DNA from: Balanoglossus misakiensis
Taxonomy: Eukaryota; Animalia; Hemichordata
Direction of reading: 5' to 3'
DNA: 64,000 nt
Assembly: GCA_040954595.2 (NCBI GenBank)
Contig: CM082577.2
Span: 14,205,903-14,269,902 of the forward strand
Positions 39,570 through 52,028 of this stretch are shown here, one piece after another. The notes below the pieces were generated by a model. It was not told the origin of the DNA. It saw nothing but the letters and a program-made list of their open reading frames with translations, and did not search any database. Within the stretch, counting starts at the first letter, position 1. Each line of letters starts with the position of its first letter. Made by a program: the position numbers and the translations under genes.

Positions 39570-42500
39570 ATGGCTGCTAAGAAACGCGTGGCTATCATAG
39601 GCGCTGGAGTGTCTGGCCTCACGTCTATCAAGAGTTGTCTGGAAGAAGCTGATTTGGAGCCGATCTGTTTCGAGAGACACGACAAACTAGGTAAAACTTC
39701 TGATTACATGATTGGTTTACTTAGACGATCAAAAGAATTTACCTTTGACAACTACATTATGTATTTCTATAATGACTTATAATAGGATTTTTCGTTGCTT
39801 GCCTTGGTTGAAAGTGCATATACGTTAAGTTTCGAAGATCCTATTTTAAGTCGGTATGCAATCTCTGAGACTGCCAAGTGAAAAACACAATTTACAGCAA
39901 TTATTCACAACATCGACCTATATCAGATGTCGACAATGTCAACATAAATCAACATGTCCCAATGGCGAATCTAAGTGTGCTTTAACCCAGTTTCGCCGGA
40001 TCTTACTTCCGGTATAACATGTACATTTTGAAATGGATATATTGACCCGACAACTGTTCGCTCCTAAATCTGTGTCTGAAATCTTGCCCATGTATTTCAA
40101 GAGTATATATTATATTGATGTATTGATATATGTCACTGAGTGCCTAAGTGTTGTCGTTCGGACAGTTATAATGGATAACCTCAACATGTGTTAGTAAACA
40201 TGTTGCCTTTAAAGACAGTGCAAGGCAATACATTTATCTGTCATGACTCATGTTATGGACTCTCTTTCCAGGTGGATTGTGGTACCACACATCTGAGTTG
40301 CGACCTGAACAAGGGGGCGCCATATATGACTCACTTGCGACCATCATAAGCAAAGAAATGACCTCGTTTTCAGATTTTCCTTTCCCAAAAGAATACACAC
40401 CCTTTTTTGGTCACCGCCTCTGTATTAAATATTTGCAAGAGTATGCAGCCCACTTTGACCTTGAGAAGTACATCAGGTTCGACACAAAGGTGACCAAACT
40501 CGAAAAGCATGGCGGGAACGAGTACTGGAGGCTCCATCTGCTGACCAATGACGGCACGGCTTTCGTTGAAAACTTCGATTACGTCATGGTGTGTACCGGG
40601 CCCTTTAACAAAGCATATACCCCTGTCTATCCTGGCCAAGAAAACTTCAAGGGAATAAAGATCCATGCGAATGAATATCGGGAAAGTGGCAAATTCAAAG
40701 GGAAGAAAGTCTTGATTGTTGGTAAGGCAGCATCCATCCATCCATACATCAATTTCTTGCATTCACAAGCTTTGCAAAAATTCAAAATGTTTCATAAGAC
40801 GCAAGTTCCTTTTATTTGTTTGTGATCGAGACATCTAAAAATTCATTTTGTTCACCAATTTCAATCATGAATGTTATATCAATGTAAAGCCAATACACTG
40901 CTGCAGCGCTCGAGAAATTTACCCAGACTATTGATGTCACCTAATCATAGAAGCATAGATCCTCCTGGCTCTACGCCATGTATTCGCCAAGTAACAGCAT
41001 AATTGTCCAATAAACTAAGCTTATAAACAAGAAATTATCACATTTGCATGGTTTTTAAAACGGATATTTCTGTATGATGTCATATCTTATATTGAGCCAA
41101 ATATACGATTTTTCGAAGGAGTACCGCGTTATATGCTCGACTGATTCAGAAAAGATGATTATGTAACTCAACAGGTAACGGTCAGACTGGGTGTGAACTT
41201 TCTTCTGAAGTGTCTCGTAATGGTGGCCAGGTTCGTATGGATTTCTTATGAAATCAATGATGTATCTAACAGAGTGCCTTGTTTATTTTTACCTCACGAG
41301 TTCACACACGTGCGCTACAATGTGGTACCGAATTCTGTCCGTATGTGTCAACGTGTTAACACTGCAAAAACGGTTGAACAAATTTCAGTTCTAGTAGATA
41401 TATTATATATTATATTGTGCATATCAATCTGGGTCAGTGGTAAGCGAGATGACATTGCCAAAGTCTGCCTCATATTATCAAAGTAACATAAATAGTCTTG
41501 TTTATTTGTGGTCGATGGTAGTCTCCTTGAAACGTGCTTGATTAAATAGAAATTATTCAAATTCTTCTTGTAGGTATACTTGAGCATGCGCCATGGAGTG
41601 TCGTTTTTTCCCCGAATTAACCAAGACGGTGTACCGTTTGACATGATTTTATTCAAACGATCAGTAGTACGGTCACCATCAAAACTTATCGGTGTAGCAC
41701 AAAAGACCAGTGAAACTAGAGTACGAGATCAGACTGTATTTGGTGTTCAGGTAAGAGCAATAACTTCGAAAAGACAAACAGTTGAATTTAACAGTACGCA
41801 TTGTATGTCATGAACAAATGAATTACCTTACTAGATGTTCTTACCAAAACCACTGATTTGTCTGCTTTAGGTTTGTGAATTATTAGCTCTGCTGTCACTT
41901 GTGTCAGCCCAGCTGTAGCAGTAGGTTGATAAGTGTCCGTCCGTCGTCCGTCCGTCCGTCTGTCGTCCGTCAACTTTTGGTATTTCAATCTTCTTCTTTA
42001 AAACAACTTGGCATATTTAGCTGAAATTTTGTTGGAATGTGTGTTATGGTGCCCTAAACTGATTTTGTTAATTTGGATTTGATGGGGTCATGAATATGCA
42101 AATTAGATCTAAAAATAGAAGTTTTGGTAAAAATCTTCTTCTCCACAACTACATGTACAATGGAACTGAAATTTGGCAGGAATGTGTGTTATGGTGTCCC
42201 TACCTGATTTTGTTAATTTGGATTTGATGGGGTCATGAAAATGCAAAAAGATCTAAAAATAGAATTTTTGGTCAAAAATCTTATTCTCCCTAACTACATG
42301 TACGATGGAGCTGAAATTTGGTAGGAATGTGTGTTATGGTGTCCCTACCTGATTTTGTTAATTTGGATTTGATCGGGTCATGAATATGCAAATTAGATCT
42401 AAAAATAGAATTTTGGTCAAAAATCTTCTTCTCCATAACTACATGCACGATGGAGCTGAAATTTGGTAGGAATGTGTGTTATGGTGCCCCTACCTGATTT

Positions 42501-44077
42501 TGTTAATTGGAATTTTGATGGGGTCATGAATATGCAAATTAGAACCTTGGTGCTTCCTTTTGATGTTGTTCTTTAGGATTCAATTCTTTCTTTCTTTAGC
42601 ACAATGAATCAAGCTGAATTTGGATAAATACTTGTGATGTCTATGTTTGGTTTTGTTCAATAGAATACAATTGTTATGAATTAAAACCTTGGGTATTCAT
42701 ATCATTGCCCAGGTTACACTGTTAGAGTCAGCAGAGCTCTTTTGACCGATAGGTCACTTGTTTGTTTTGTTATGTTACTTTGTTCGTTTGTTTGTTTTTG
42801 TATTGCCTTTTTTGTTTGTCTGTCTATATGTTTACATTTGACTGTCTGTCTGTCTGTCTGCATCCCGTCTTTGCTTATTCATTTACATGTATTGCAACAT
42901 TAGACCAAGGTCCCATGTCCCGCAACAGACTACATAGTCAATGATGAATTGCAAGATAGGATTGTACTAGGTCAGGTCAAACCAGTGGCGGAAATTAAAG
43001 AGTTCCATAACAATGACGTCATCCTGAAAGATGGTACTATACTGAAAAGTATCGATGCAGTCATATTTGCCACCGGATATGAGTGGGCAGTACCATTGAT
43101 TGACAATACATGGATTTATGGTAAATCTCTCTCTCTAATTGTCTCTCCCTCCCCACCTCTCTCTCTCTTTCCATCAATCTATATATCTATACATAGATAT
43201 ATCTATAGATCTATCTATCAGCGTCTATTGTTACTTGTTATATAGCTATAAGGGGTCACCAGCAATTATTTTGCAGGCAAATGGCAGACATTGTGTTTTG
43301 AAACATAAATTTGTATGATATGTTTATTGAATACATCAATATCTGGTAAGTTACTATAGATGTTTGAACATAAACACACATGATGAAGTTTGACAATATT
43401 TAAACCTATTGTCACAAATTGTATTGTATAACACTCGTCTTGCAGATGAAACAGATAGTGTCAACCTGTACAAGTACTTGTTTCCTGTACGTGTAGAACA
43501 TCCCGAGCGACTGGCGTTAATCAACGTAGTGTCACTCTTGGGGCCACACTGGCCACTTAGTGAATTACACGCCAGAATAGCTGTAAGAGTTTTTAGCGGG
43601 AATATTGTATTGCCTGACAAAGCAACAATGCAGCGAGACATCGACAAGAATCCAAAATACATGGGAACCAAGATCGAAAATGTAAGGGTTTTATTTAATG
43701 ACTTTCTTTACAATACAATAAAAACATTGTTAGAGTGATAAAGGCAATTTTGTTGTGAACTTGATATTTTGAGTCCTTGTATGTCAATAATTGTCTGTAA
43801 CTTGATTAATTACACCTTTTTTATTTATTTGCAGCTTCCATTTGGACCTATTATAGAAGACGCAGCTGAATTCCTTGGCGTTAAACCATCTTTCTGGAGT
43901 CTCCTTCTAAAGGATCCTAAACTAGCAATGCTGTTTGAGTATGGCCCTATGGTTCCTTACTGGTATCGTCTGCAGGGACCAGGTGCATGGTCTGGTGCAA
44001 GGGATCGCATTGTGAATGCTCAGTCAAACACAATATATCCCTTAAAAGGCTACCCTTCTTCCGAAGAAAAAGAGTAA
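39570..44077 (+). CDS. Flavin-containing monooxygenase (copy 3), intact, 499 aa, no C-terminal membrane anchor
   Basis: Exons 39570-39690, 40272-40721, 41175-41230, 41574-41750, 42904-43120, 43446-43681, 43835-44077 sum to 1500 nt in frame with GT-AG introns. Motifs: [51 protein letters not shown]. Confidence 0.92.
41880..42762 (+). mobile_element. HINE/DINE-1-like (Helentron-associated) element in FMO copy 3 intron 4
   Basis: 5' TTATTAGCTCTGCTG sub-TIR, (GTCC/GTCT)n microsatellite, about 3.6 central 145-bp tandem repeats (42022, 42167, 42312, 42457), 3' CAGCAGAGCT sub-TIR, TGACCGATAGGTCA hairpin, and CTTGTT end. Confidence 0.8.
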
Positions 44078-45466
44078 TGCACATTTATTCTGATGTTGGC
44101 GTTGCTCTTCCGTTTGTCTCATAAAGTGTATGGCAGTGGTAGTTTGATGTTTGGCCCAGGTCAATTTAGTCTCACACGTAATGCAGTATTTTTATTCATA
44201 CTTAGTATTTTTATAAAGCAAGCACAATCTGGCAGTAGCCAACCATTGCAATTAGTTTTGCCAGAAAAATATGCAAATATAACATTATCAGTTTTATGAG
44301 TAGAAACATGTTTTGGGAAATTGTTGGTATGCTTATCTTAGGCCACCTTCAGGATCCCTATGACCTCAAACTATAACCACTGAATTTCCAAATAGGCCGG
44401 GCCCTAATAAATCCGAATTATGAAATGCTTTGATGTTTACATTACACTTTACGGTCGTTTCAGATTTTGTTCCTTTTCATTCATTCTAGAAAGGTTAGAA
44501 ATAAATGTCTAAAAGCTGAATATGAGTGGATCAGAAAACTGAAGAGTATCGTATAGTAAAATTATGGCTATTGCATGTTATAAATGTAGTGGATCACATT
44601 ATATAAGTCATGCCAAATATATTTACTTCTTAGAAAGGCGGTGCACATGCATTATGTTTTAATTCTATTTTACTTGACGAACAAATGCATAACATAGTAT
44701 AATTTTTGAGCATGGGTCAATTTGATGAGCCACTAACTTTAACTCGTGGCTACTTTTTCAGTAATTGTTTTTGTGTATCAACTATATCTTCTTGTACTAC
44801 TCTCTATCCAAAAGACCACAAGTTACAGATATTCGACCTTTAATATTACGAGTAATTAATGTATTATTTTAATAAATATTCAGGCAGAACTGATACAAAT
44901 GACAATCATTTTACGCCAGATTTGGAATGATATTCGTTTGGAGGATGATACCAAATGTTTCCAGCTTGTGGGTGACGTATTACCTACTTTGCATATTTCA
45001 GCGTTCTCATCAGAACCATTACATGAATACAAAGAAATATACGCGTCTCTTAATAGCGGCCCAAAGTGTACATGTATATACATTGTTGGGGAATTAAGAA
45101 CGAAATTACTTGCCGGTGCTATTGCGGTGGCTGCAATCCCGTACCCCGCCAGGACTCATATATTCCCCTTGTGTTGGCCCTGAGCTTTTCCTGTGGTGTG
45201 ATATGCCCTGAAGTCACTGGTGATATCTTGCAATTACCTATATGGTGGCACATTTGGATATGAACAGTATGACGTTGGTACATTCTGTATGGCGTACCAT
45301 GATCGTATATATGATACACACACGGATTATATTTTTATCTGGTATTTATAGCAGAGTGCACAACTTATCACAATAGTGCATTGCGTCAGGCTCTTTTTTC
45401 AGCCTCTTGGTAGTAACGTGGATTGTCATTATGTAAATAGATGACAGTGGTAATTCATTTATCGGA

Positions 45467-48400
45467 ATGGCCGCAAAGAAACGTGTGGCTATCATTGGTG
45501 CCGGAGTTTCCGGCCTCGCGTCGATCAAGAGTTGTCTGGATGAAGATGGTTTGGAGCCGTTCTGTTTCGAGAGACACGGCAAACTAGGTAAGCAGTTGTA
45601 AATAACAAACAGCAAATGACAGAAGCCATGGAAACTGTTGCAAAATTTGCATATGTGACCGAGTACCTTTAATACTTAGTCATGGTCCTCTTTCCAGGTG
45701 GACTGTGGAACTATACCTCTGAGTTGAGACCTGAACAGGGAGGGGCTCTATATGACTCGGTTGTCGCCAACAATAGCAGAGAAATGCACACATTTTCAGA
45801 TTTCCCCTTTCCAAATGAGTGTCCACCATTTTGTAGACGCCAACTTTGCATTAAATATTTGCAAGACTACGCAGTCCACTTTGACCTGGAGAAGTACATC
45901 AGGTTCGATACAAAGGTGATCAAACTCGAAAAGCATGACGGGAACGTGTACTGGAGGCTACATCTGCTGACCAATGACGACACAGCTTGCGTTGAAGACT
46001 TCGATTACGTCATGGTGTGTACTGGTGCATTTAGCAAAGCATTTACACCGGTCTATCCTGGTCAGGAAAACTTCAAGGGAACCAAGATCCATGCGAATGA
46101 ATATCGGGAAAGCAGCCCATTCAAAGAGAAGAAAGTTTTAGTTGTCGGTAAAACTGAATTCAGAAGTCTGTCTGTCTGTCTGTCTGATGTGTCTGTCTGT
46201 CTAGCTACATGTATCTATATTATTATATTCAGACGCTGATGTTGCGTGTCGACAGAGTCATTTGTAACTGTACACGAAATTGTCCTCGCAGCTATCAATG
46301 GATTCTAAGAAAAATGTCAGGATTGATAAAATGGATTATTCTTTGAGAAGTCAGTATCCGTTATTCTTCTGGCAAAGGGGCAAACTTTCGAAATGCCGCC
46401 CATTAATATTAGACTTATTCTACAAATATAACGTTCCCTTATGTGATCGAAACATGTGGCAGTTGAATATCTGAACATAAAGTTCATTGCATTTACACAT
46501 ACAAATGTTGATGTAGCCTTAGGGTAAATTTACACAGACTGGGTACAGCATCGACATTAAGACTGCATTACCTATTGCACTGTACAGGCTGCTCCTACAC
46601 TGGTGCTGAAGTTGCCTGTGAGATTGCTCGTGTTAGTGGACAGGTAAGTTACATCATTTTAAGTAACCAATAACTCGTTTAACAACTCTCTACATTGCAT
46701 GTTTTCTGTATTACCGTCATGATGTTACTTATTAATATTCATTAACCATATTATGTGGCACCGTTTTCGATTGGCTACGTTGCATTTTCGTTTTCTACGA
46801 ACATCTACTTCTCCGGGGCTTTTTGGTATTACATGTACACAGAAAGCAGCTGTGTCGAAAGGCCGTGGTTATCATGATGGGATAAGTGGTTAGCGAGAGG
46901 ATCTTGCCGTAGCCTGCTCCATCTAATGGGGCCAATGTTGGTATAGTTGAGTGCTTGTACTTTGCAAGAATGGTATGCTTGAACAAATAACTCTGGCGTG
47001 CCCATTTCCAGGTATACTTGAGCAAGCGCCACGGAGTCTCGTTCTTCCCTCGTATAGGACAAGACGGGGTACCGTATGACATGACTTCGTTCACAAGATC
47101 ACGAATATGGTCGTTATCGAAGTACACAAAAGTACTACAAAAGTTGTCCGAAACTAGAGTACGCGATTAGCATGTATTTGGTGTTCAGGTAAGAGTCACT
47201 ATTTATATTTTTGCGAAATCAAATCAGCTGTCAGTTTATGAAGTATTCTCTGTTTTCGCCATGCAATTCATTTGGTTAGTAAATTTTTCCATGAAATCAA
47301 GCGATACGCCAAGCGTACGTGTGGGTGGGTGGGTCGATGGATGGATGGATAGATGGGTGGGTCTGTGTATGGGTCGATGGATGGGTGGATGGCTCACTCA
47401 TCAGGAGGCGTGTCCATGCACGGTGGACATTTCTTTTAATAGTGCTGGCGCAAAGTTGTTTAACAGTTTACTGAGTTTGGCCAACTTGTTATAACTTTGT
47501 GTCCAACACGTGTGCATTGGTGGTTACATTTGAAGGGCAGCAAGCCTGCCAGTCCCTACGTGAATTTTATTGGCATTTTTATTCAACCGTTGTATCTTTT
47601 GATATCATTAGAAAAAACATAGACAGACATCCCTTATATGTGTAGCCAATGTCGATTTTATTATTTTGTGTTCTTATCAGCGTTTCCGCCAGTTACTAAG
47701 AAAATAATCTAAAATACATGTAACCGAAAATAAGGTGAAAAACAACATACGACTTTGCATCTTCATTACAACCATTCAGAGCAAATTCCCACATCCCATA
47801 CAAAATAACAGCGTAGTCAGTGATGAAATGCAGGATAGGATTGTGCAAGGGCAGATCAAACCAGTGGTGGACATTAAGGAGTTTCGAACAAATGACGTCA
47901 TACTGAAAGACGGCACTAAACTGGAAGATATCGATGCAGTCATCTTTGCCACGGGATACGAGTGGGATGTACCATTCATTCACAAAGAATGGATTTATGG
48001 TAATGTATATATAGGAAAACCATTCAACTGCGAAAGGCTGCCAACAAAGTCAAATTCCAAATTGGCCAGGCATCATCAACACTTATGGTATGAGGAAATT
48101 TCCAACATTAACCTGAATTCGCCCTGGTGTCAATTTTATCGATATTCTATAATTAATAATATATTTATCATGTTTTTCTTACTCAATAATCAAATTCTAT
48201 TGTTTATAAATCACTGTTACAGATGAGTCAGATAGTATGAACCTGTACAAGTGTATATTTCCTGTGAGACTTGAGCATCCTGAGCGATTGGCGTTGATAA
48301 ACACTTTGCAGGTCCACGGACCGCAATGGCAATTGTGTGAAATACACGCTAGAATAGCAGCAAGAGTCTTTGCAGGGGAAATCGTTATGCCTGACAAAGC

Positions 48401-48876
48401 AACAATGCAGCGAGACATCGACAAGAAACCAAAATATGTGAGGAACAAGGCTATTTACGTAAGGGTTGCAACACTCTTCTCCTTTGAATAACAAAATTGT
48501 TACAACTTAAAAGTTACATTTGTATTTTATCATTTTAAATTCATATTCGAGAAAGGGGTGAGATATGTGTACTGATTTTCGGATACACTTGCGTTAACTT
48601 AACTTAACTTCAAGTACTTGCTGACTTACTTTACAGCTTCCATTTGGACCTACTATAGAAGACGCAGCTGAATTCCTTGGCGTTAAACCATCTTTCTGGA
48701 GTCTCCTTCTAAAGGATCCTAAACTAGCAATGCTGTTTGAGTATGGCCCTATGGTTCCTTACTGGTATCGTCTGCAGGGACCAGGTGCATGGCCTGGGGC
48801 CAGGGATCGCATTGTGAATGCTCTACCGAACACATTTTCTGCGTTGAAAGGTTACGATTCTTTTTCAGAAGAGTAG
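45467..48876 (+). pseudogene. FMO copy 4, complete 7-exon structure with a single premature TAG
   Basis: Exons 45467-45587, 45698-46147, 46588-46643, 47012-47188, 47780-47999, 48223-48458, 48637-48876 are all in phase. TAG at 47168-47170 where paralogs have CAG. Confidence 0.85.
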
Positions 48877-49729
48877 TGATATATGTGTTGTGTGTTGCCT
48901 GATTGGTTGGCTTGTCTTAGAAGTAATTGTAGTGGTATTTATAGCCTATCGAACCCCGGTCCATATGCGAGGGGACTGATACAAGTTTTTATTTTACTCA
49001 ATATTTCATGCGAAGAACATGAACGTATACAATCATACAATATTAAATACTCCCCTTTCTGCAACATTAGTCTATTTTAATTCAATATCTTTACGGTGTG
49101 TTTTTGTATTTTTGCTGTTTCAACCGTGGAATCTTGCGAGGTGGCTTATTTTCTCAATGTATATCAGCAATTATTGTTTAAAAAGTATTCAGTCTACCTA
49201 ATCATAATTCACTTACTGTATAATAGATTTCGCCTCTGACATAAAGTCCACCCCAGTTCAATATTAGTCGGTAAAACTAGTGAACTATCCACTGTCGAAA
49301 GGCAGACCACAGTATCTGGATGCAGATGTATTTACCACACAAGAAGTACATGAAGGTCACATGAAGGTCATTTGATCGTACTGAACACTGTACTCTGCAA
49401 GGATGACCTAAATTCGCTCGATGACCAAAATTCGCTCCAAACACTAACCCATCTATTTGGGGCTACGCTCATTTACTTTTGGACGAGTCATGCATGGCAA
49501 CGTGTTAGAAAACGAATGTATAAGTGGCTACCTGTCCACCACTATGTTATATGCCAGAAACCTGGGTGAAATATTTGATTTTCCCTTTATTCTAACGTTT
49601 TTACCTCCTGTAGTGAGTCAGCAATAGGTAAATAATCGTAGCACAAAATAAATGAGAGCGTGATCTGGGTAAAACATTGCATTGCACATCGACCTCCCTG
49701 TTAACGCCAACGGGTATTCGGTTAGCGCT

Positions 49730-50492
49730 ATGGGTGCTAAGAAACGCGTGGCAAACATCGGTGCTGGAGTTTCTGGCCTCGCGTCGATCAAAAGTTGTGA
49801 AAGTGCATGTAGGTTAGGTTTCTAAGATTCTACTTTCTTTCCAGGTGGATTGTGGTACCACACATCTGAGTTGCGACTTGAACAAGGGGGCGCCATATAC
49901 GACACACTTGTGACAAATATTAGCAAAGAAATGTTCTCGTTTTCTGATTTCCCTTTTCCACAAGAGTACACACCCTAATTTTGTCATCGCCTCTGTATTA
50001 AATATTTGCAAGACTATGCAGCCCACTTTGACCTGGAGAAGTACATCAGGTTCGATACAAAGGTAACCAAACTCGAAAAGCATGAAGGGAACGAGTACTG
50101 GAGGCTCCATATGCTGACCAATGACGACACAGCTTTCGTTGAAACCTTCGATTACGTCATGGTGTGTACTGGCGTCTATAACAAAGCACATATTCCCGTC
50201 TCTCCTGTTCAAGAAAACTTCAAGGGAATAAAGATCCATGAGAATGACTATCGGGAAAGTAGCAAATTCCAAGGGAAGAAAGTCTTGGTTTTTGGTAAGA
50301 CAGAATCGACGTTCCATCACACCTACACGTACCTACCTAGCCAGTGTTATTGCTGAGCTACTCACCCGTATATTAACAAAATATCACGTGAATAAACTAC
50401 TTCATATGTTAATAAGACTGATTAAAAAATTTACAGGTGGTTCCTCAACTGGTTCTGACGTTTCTTCTGAAGTCGCTCATAACGCTGGACAG
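49730..50492 (+). pseudogene. FMO copy 5, truncated (broken exon 1, exons 2-3 only)
   Basis: Exon 1 is cut after KSC (49798) and joined to intron-1-like sequence. Exon 2 is 49845-50294 and exon 3 is 50437-50492. (TG)n and the Ngaro element follow, with no later exons. Confidence 0.85.
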
Positions 50493-50678
50493 GTTCGTAA
50501 ATGACATCCTCACAAATTATGGCAACCTTACAGGATTGTGAAGCTTTATGCTAAAACCACGCATACTTTTTTAAAATTCCATATTTTGTTTAGACTAAAC
50601 CGTTTCAGAACCGCTATTGACCATCCACACATGTTTTAAGACGGTATCTGGTCTAAGAAGCTTCAGAACCGTCTTTAT

Positions 50679-50790
<112 letters not shown>

Positions 50791-52028
50791 CCATATTAAA
50801 CACAATAAAGGCATGCTCATTCTCCCGTATGAGATAAAAGCACGATTATAATCACTATTATAATCGCATTTATAGACATGCTTCTTAGTGATCAAGTTTT
50901 ACAGTTTTCTATTATCCGACAGGGAGGTTTACATCACTTTAGTCTCCGGGGGGAGACACTTCATGGAAGAGCAACTTCATTTTCCCGCCTTGACAATATT
51001 TGCAGTTTCCTATAGGGGGGGAGTCAATACTAGGAACAGCCTTTTCCATTTTACAGCCGTGACTTCAAGACAACGAGCTGGTTCATCTCCTCGAATTTTC
51101 ACTTTTTCTTCGAATTTTCAGGCAAGTGCCAAATTCCTACCATTCATAAGGTTTTTGTAGAGAATTGCATATAGCATTGGCGGTAAATGCTAAGGCTATT
51201 TTCTGTTTTACGAAGTCGTTGTCGGTATATATGTTATTCCATATTTCACAGTAGCTTTCATTTAACGCCGTGTCACAATTTTTGCAGCCCGAGTTGTAAT
51301 TACATTTTATTGTATAGTTTTACAAGCCCTACATTGATATATTACGGCGTCCGTTTTTACCTATTTCCAAGGTTTTCACCTACGTGGTTTATTTTCATTT
51401 TACATTACATTACGCACTTTCTTCTCTCAAATTTTGAGACTTGGTTATTACATCTAGACTTTTCATTCTACGAGTGCAACATGAGACAAGTGAAGGTATC
51501 TTTACTCGCCAGAAATTATCGGGAGATACAAATGATAGTCTTTTTCATAGATAAGACGTTTAGTTTTTATTTTAATTTGTCTTTGTCGGGATTTATTGCA
51601 GTGCTTGCATCTTTTCACAGTGCAATTCCCGCCTGTCGGGTCACATGATCAATTTTAGCAGGTTTATTTTGCTACTTTGTTTGACTTTTCCCGCCAAAAC
51701 GTTACCTCAAGTCGTGACATTCTGGCAATTGTATACATGTAGTTACCCAGTGGTGGTTTTGCTATGCATGTCACAAGTATGTATACATCAATTTTCTCGG
51801 TAACCATATCATATGGTGGCCATTTATAAGGTGTTTTCCCTTTTCACGTTACTTAACTCACAATACCCTTTATTAGAAGGGTTGTTTTTCTGAGGAGTAT
51901 ATTGCTGATAGTATATTTTACATTTTACAGATTTTATTGGCACTCCTACATACTATGTTATGCGATTATTTTAGCATATAAATTTTAGCACACTTTACTT
52001 GTACTTAATATTTAAATTCATCAACAGC

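Noticed and set aside
47168-47176. Programmed stop-codon readthrough in FMO copy 4
   Set aside because: The context TAG CAT GTA does not fit the UAG-CARYYA motif, and paralogs have CAG, so a simple C-to-T change explains it.
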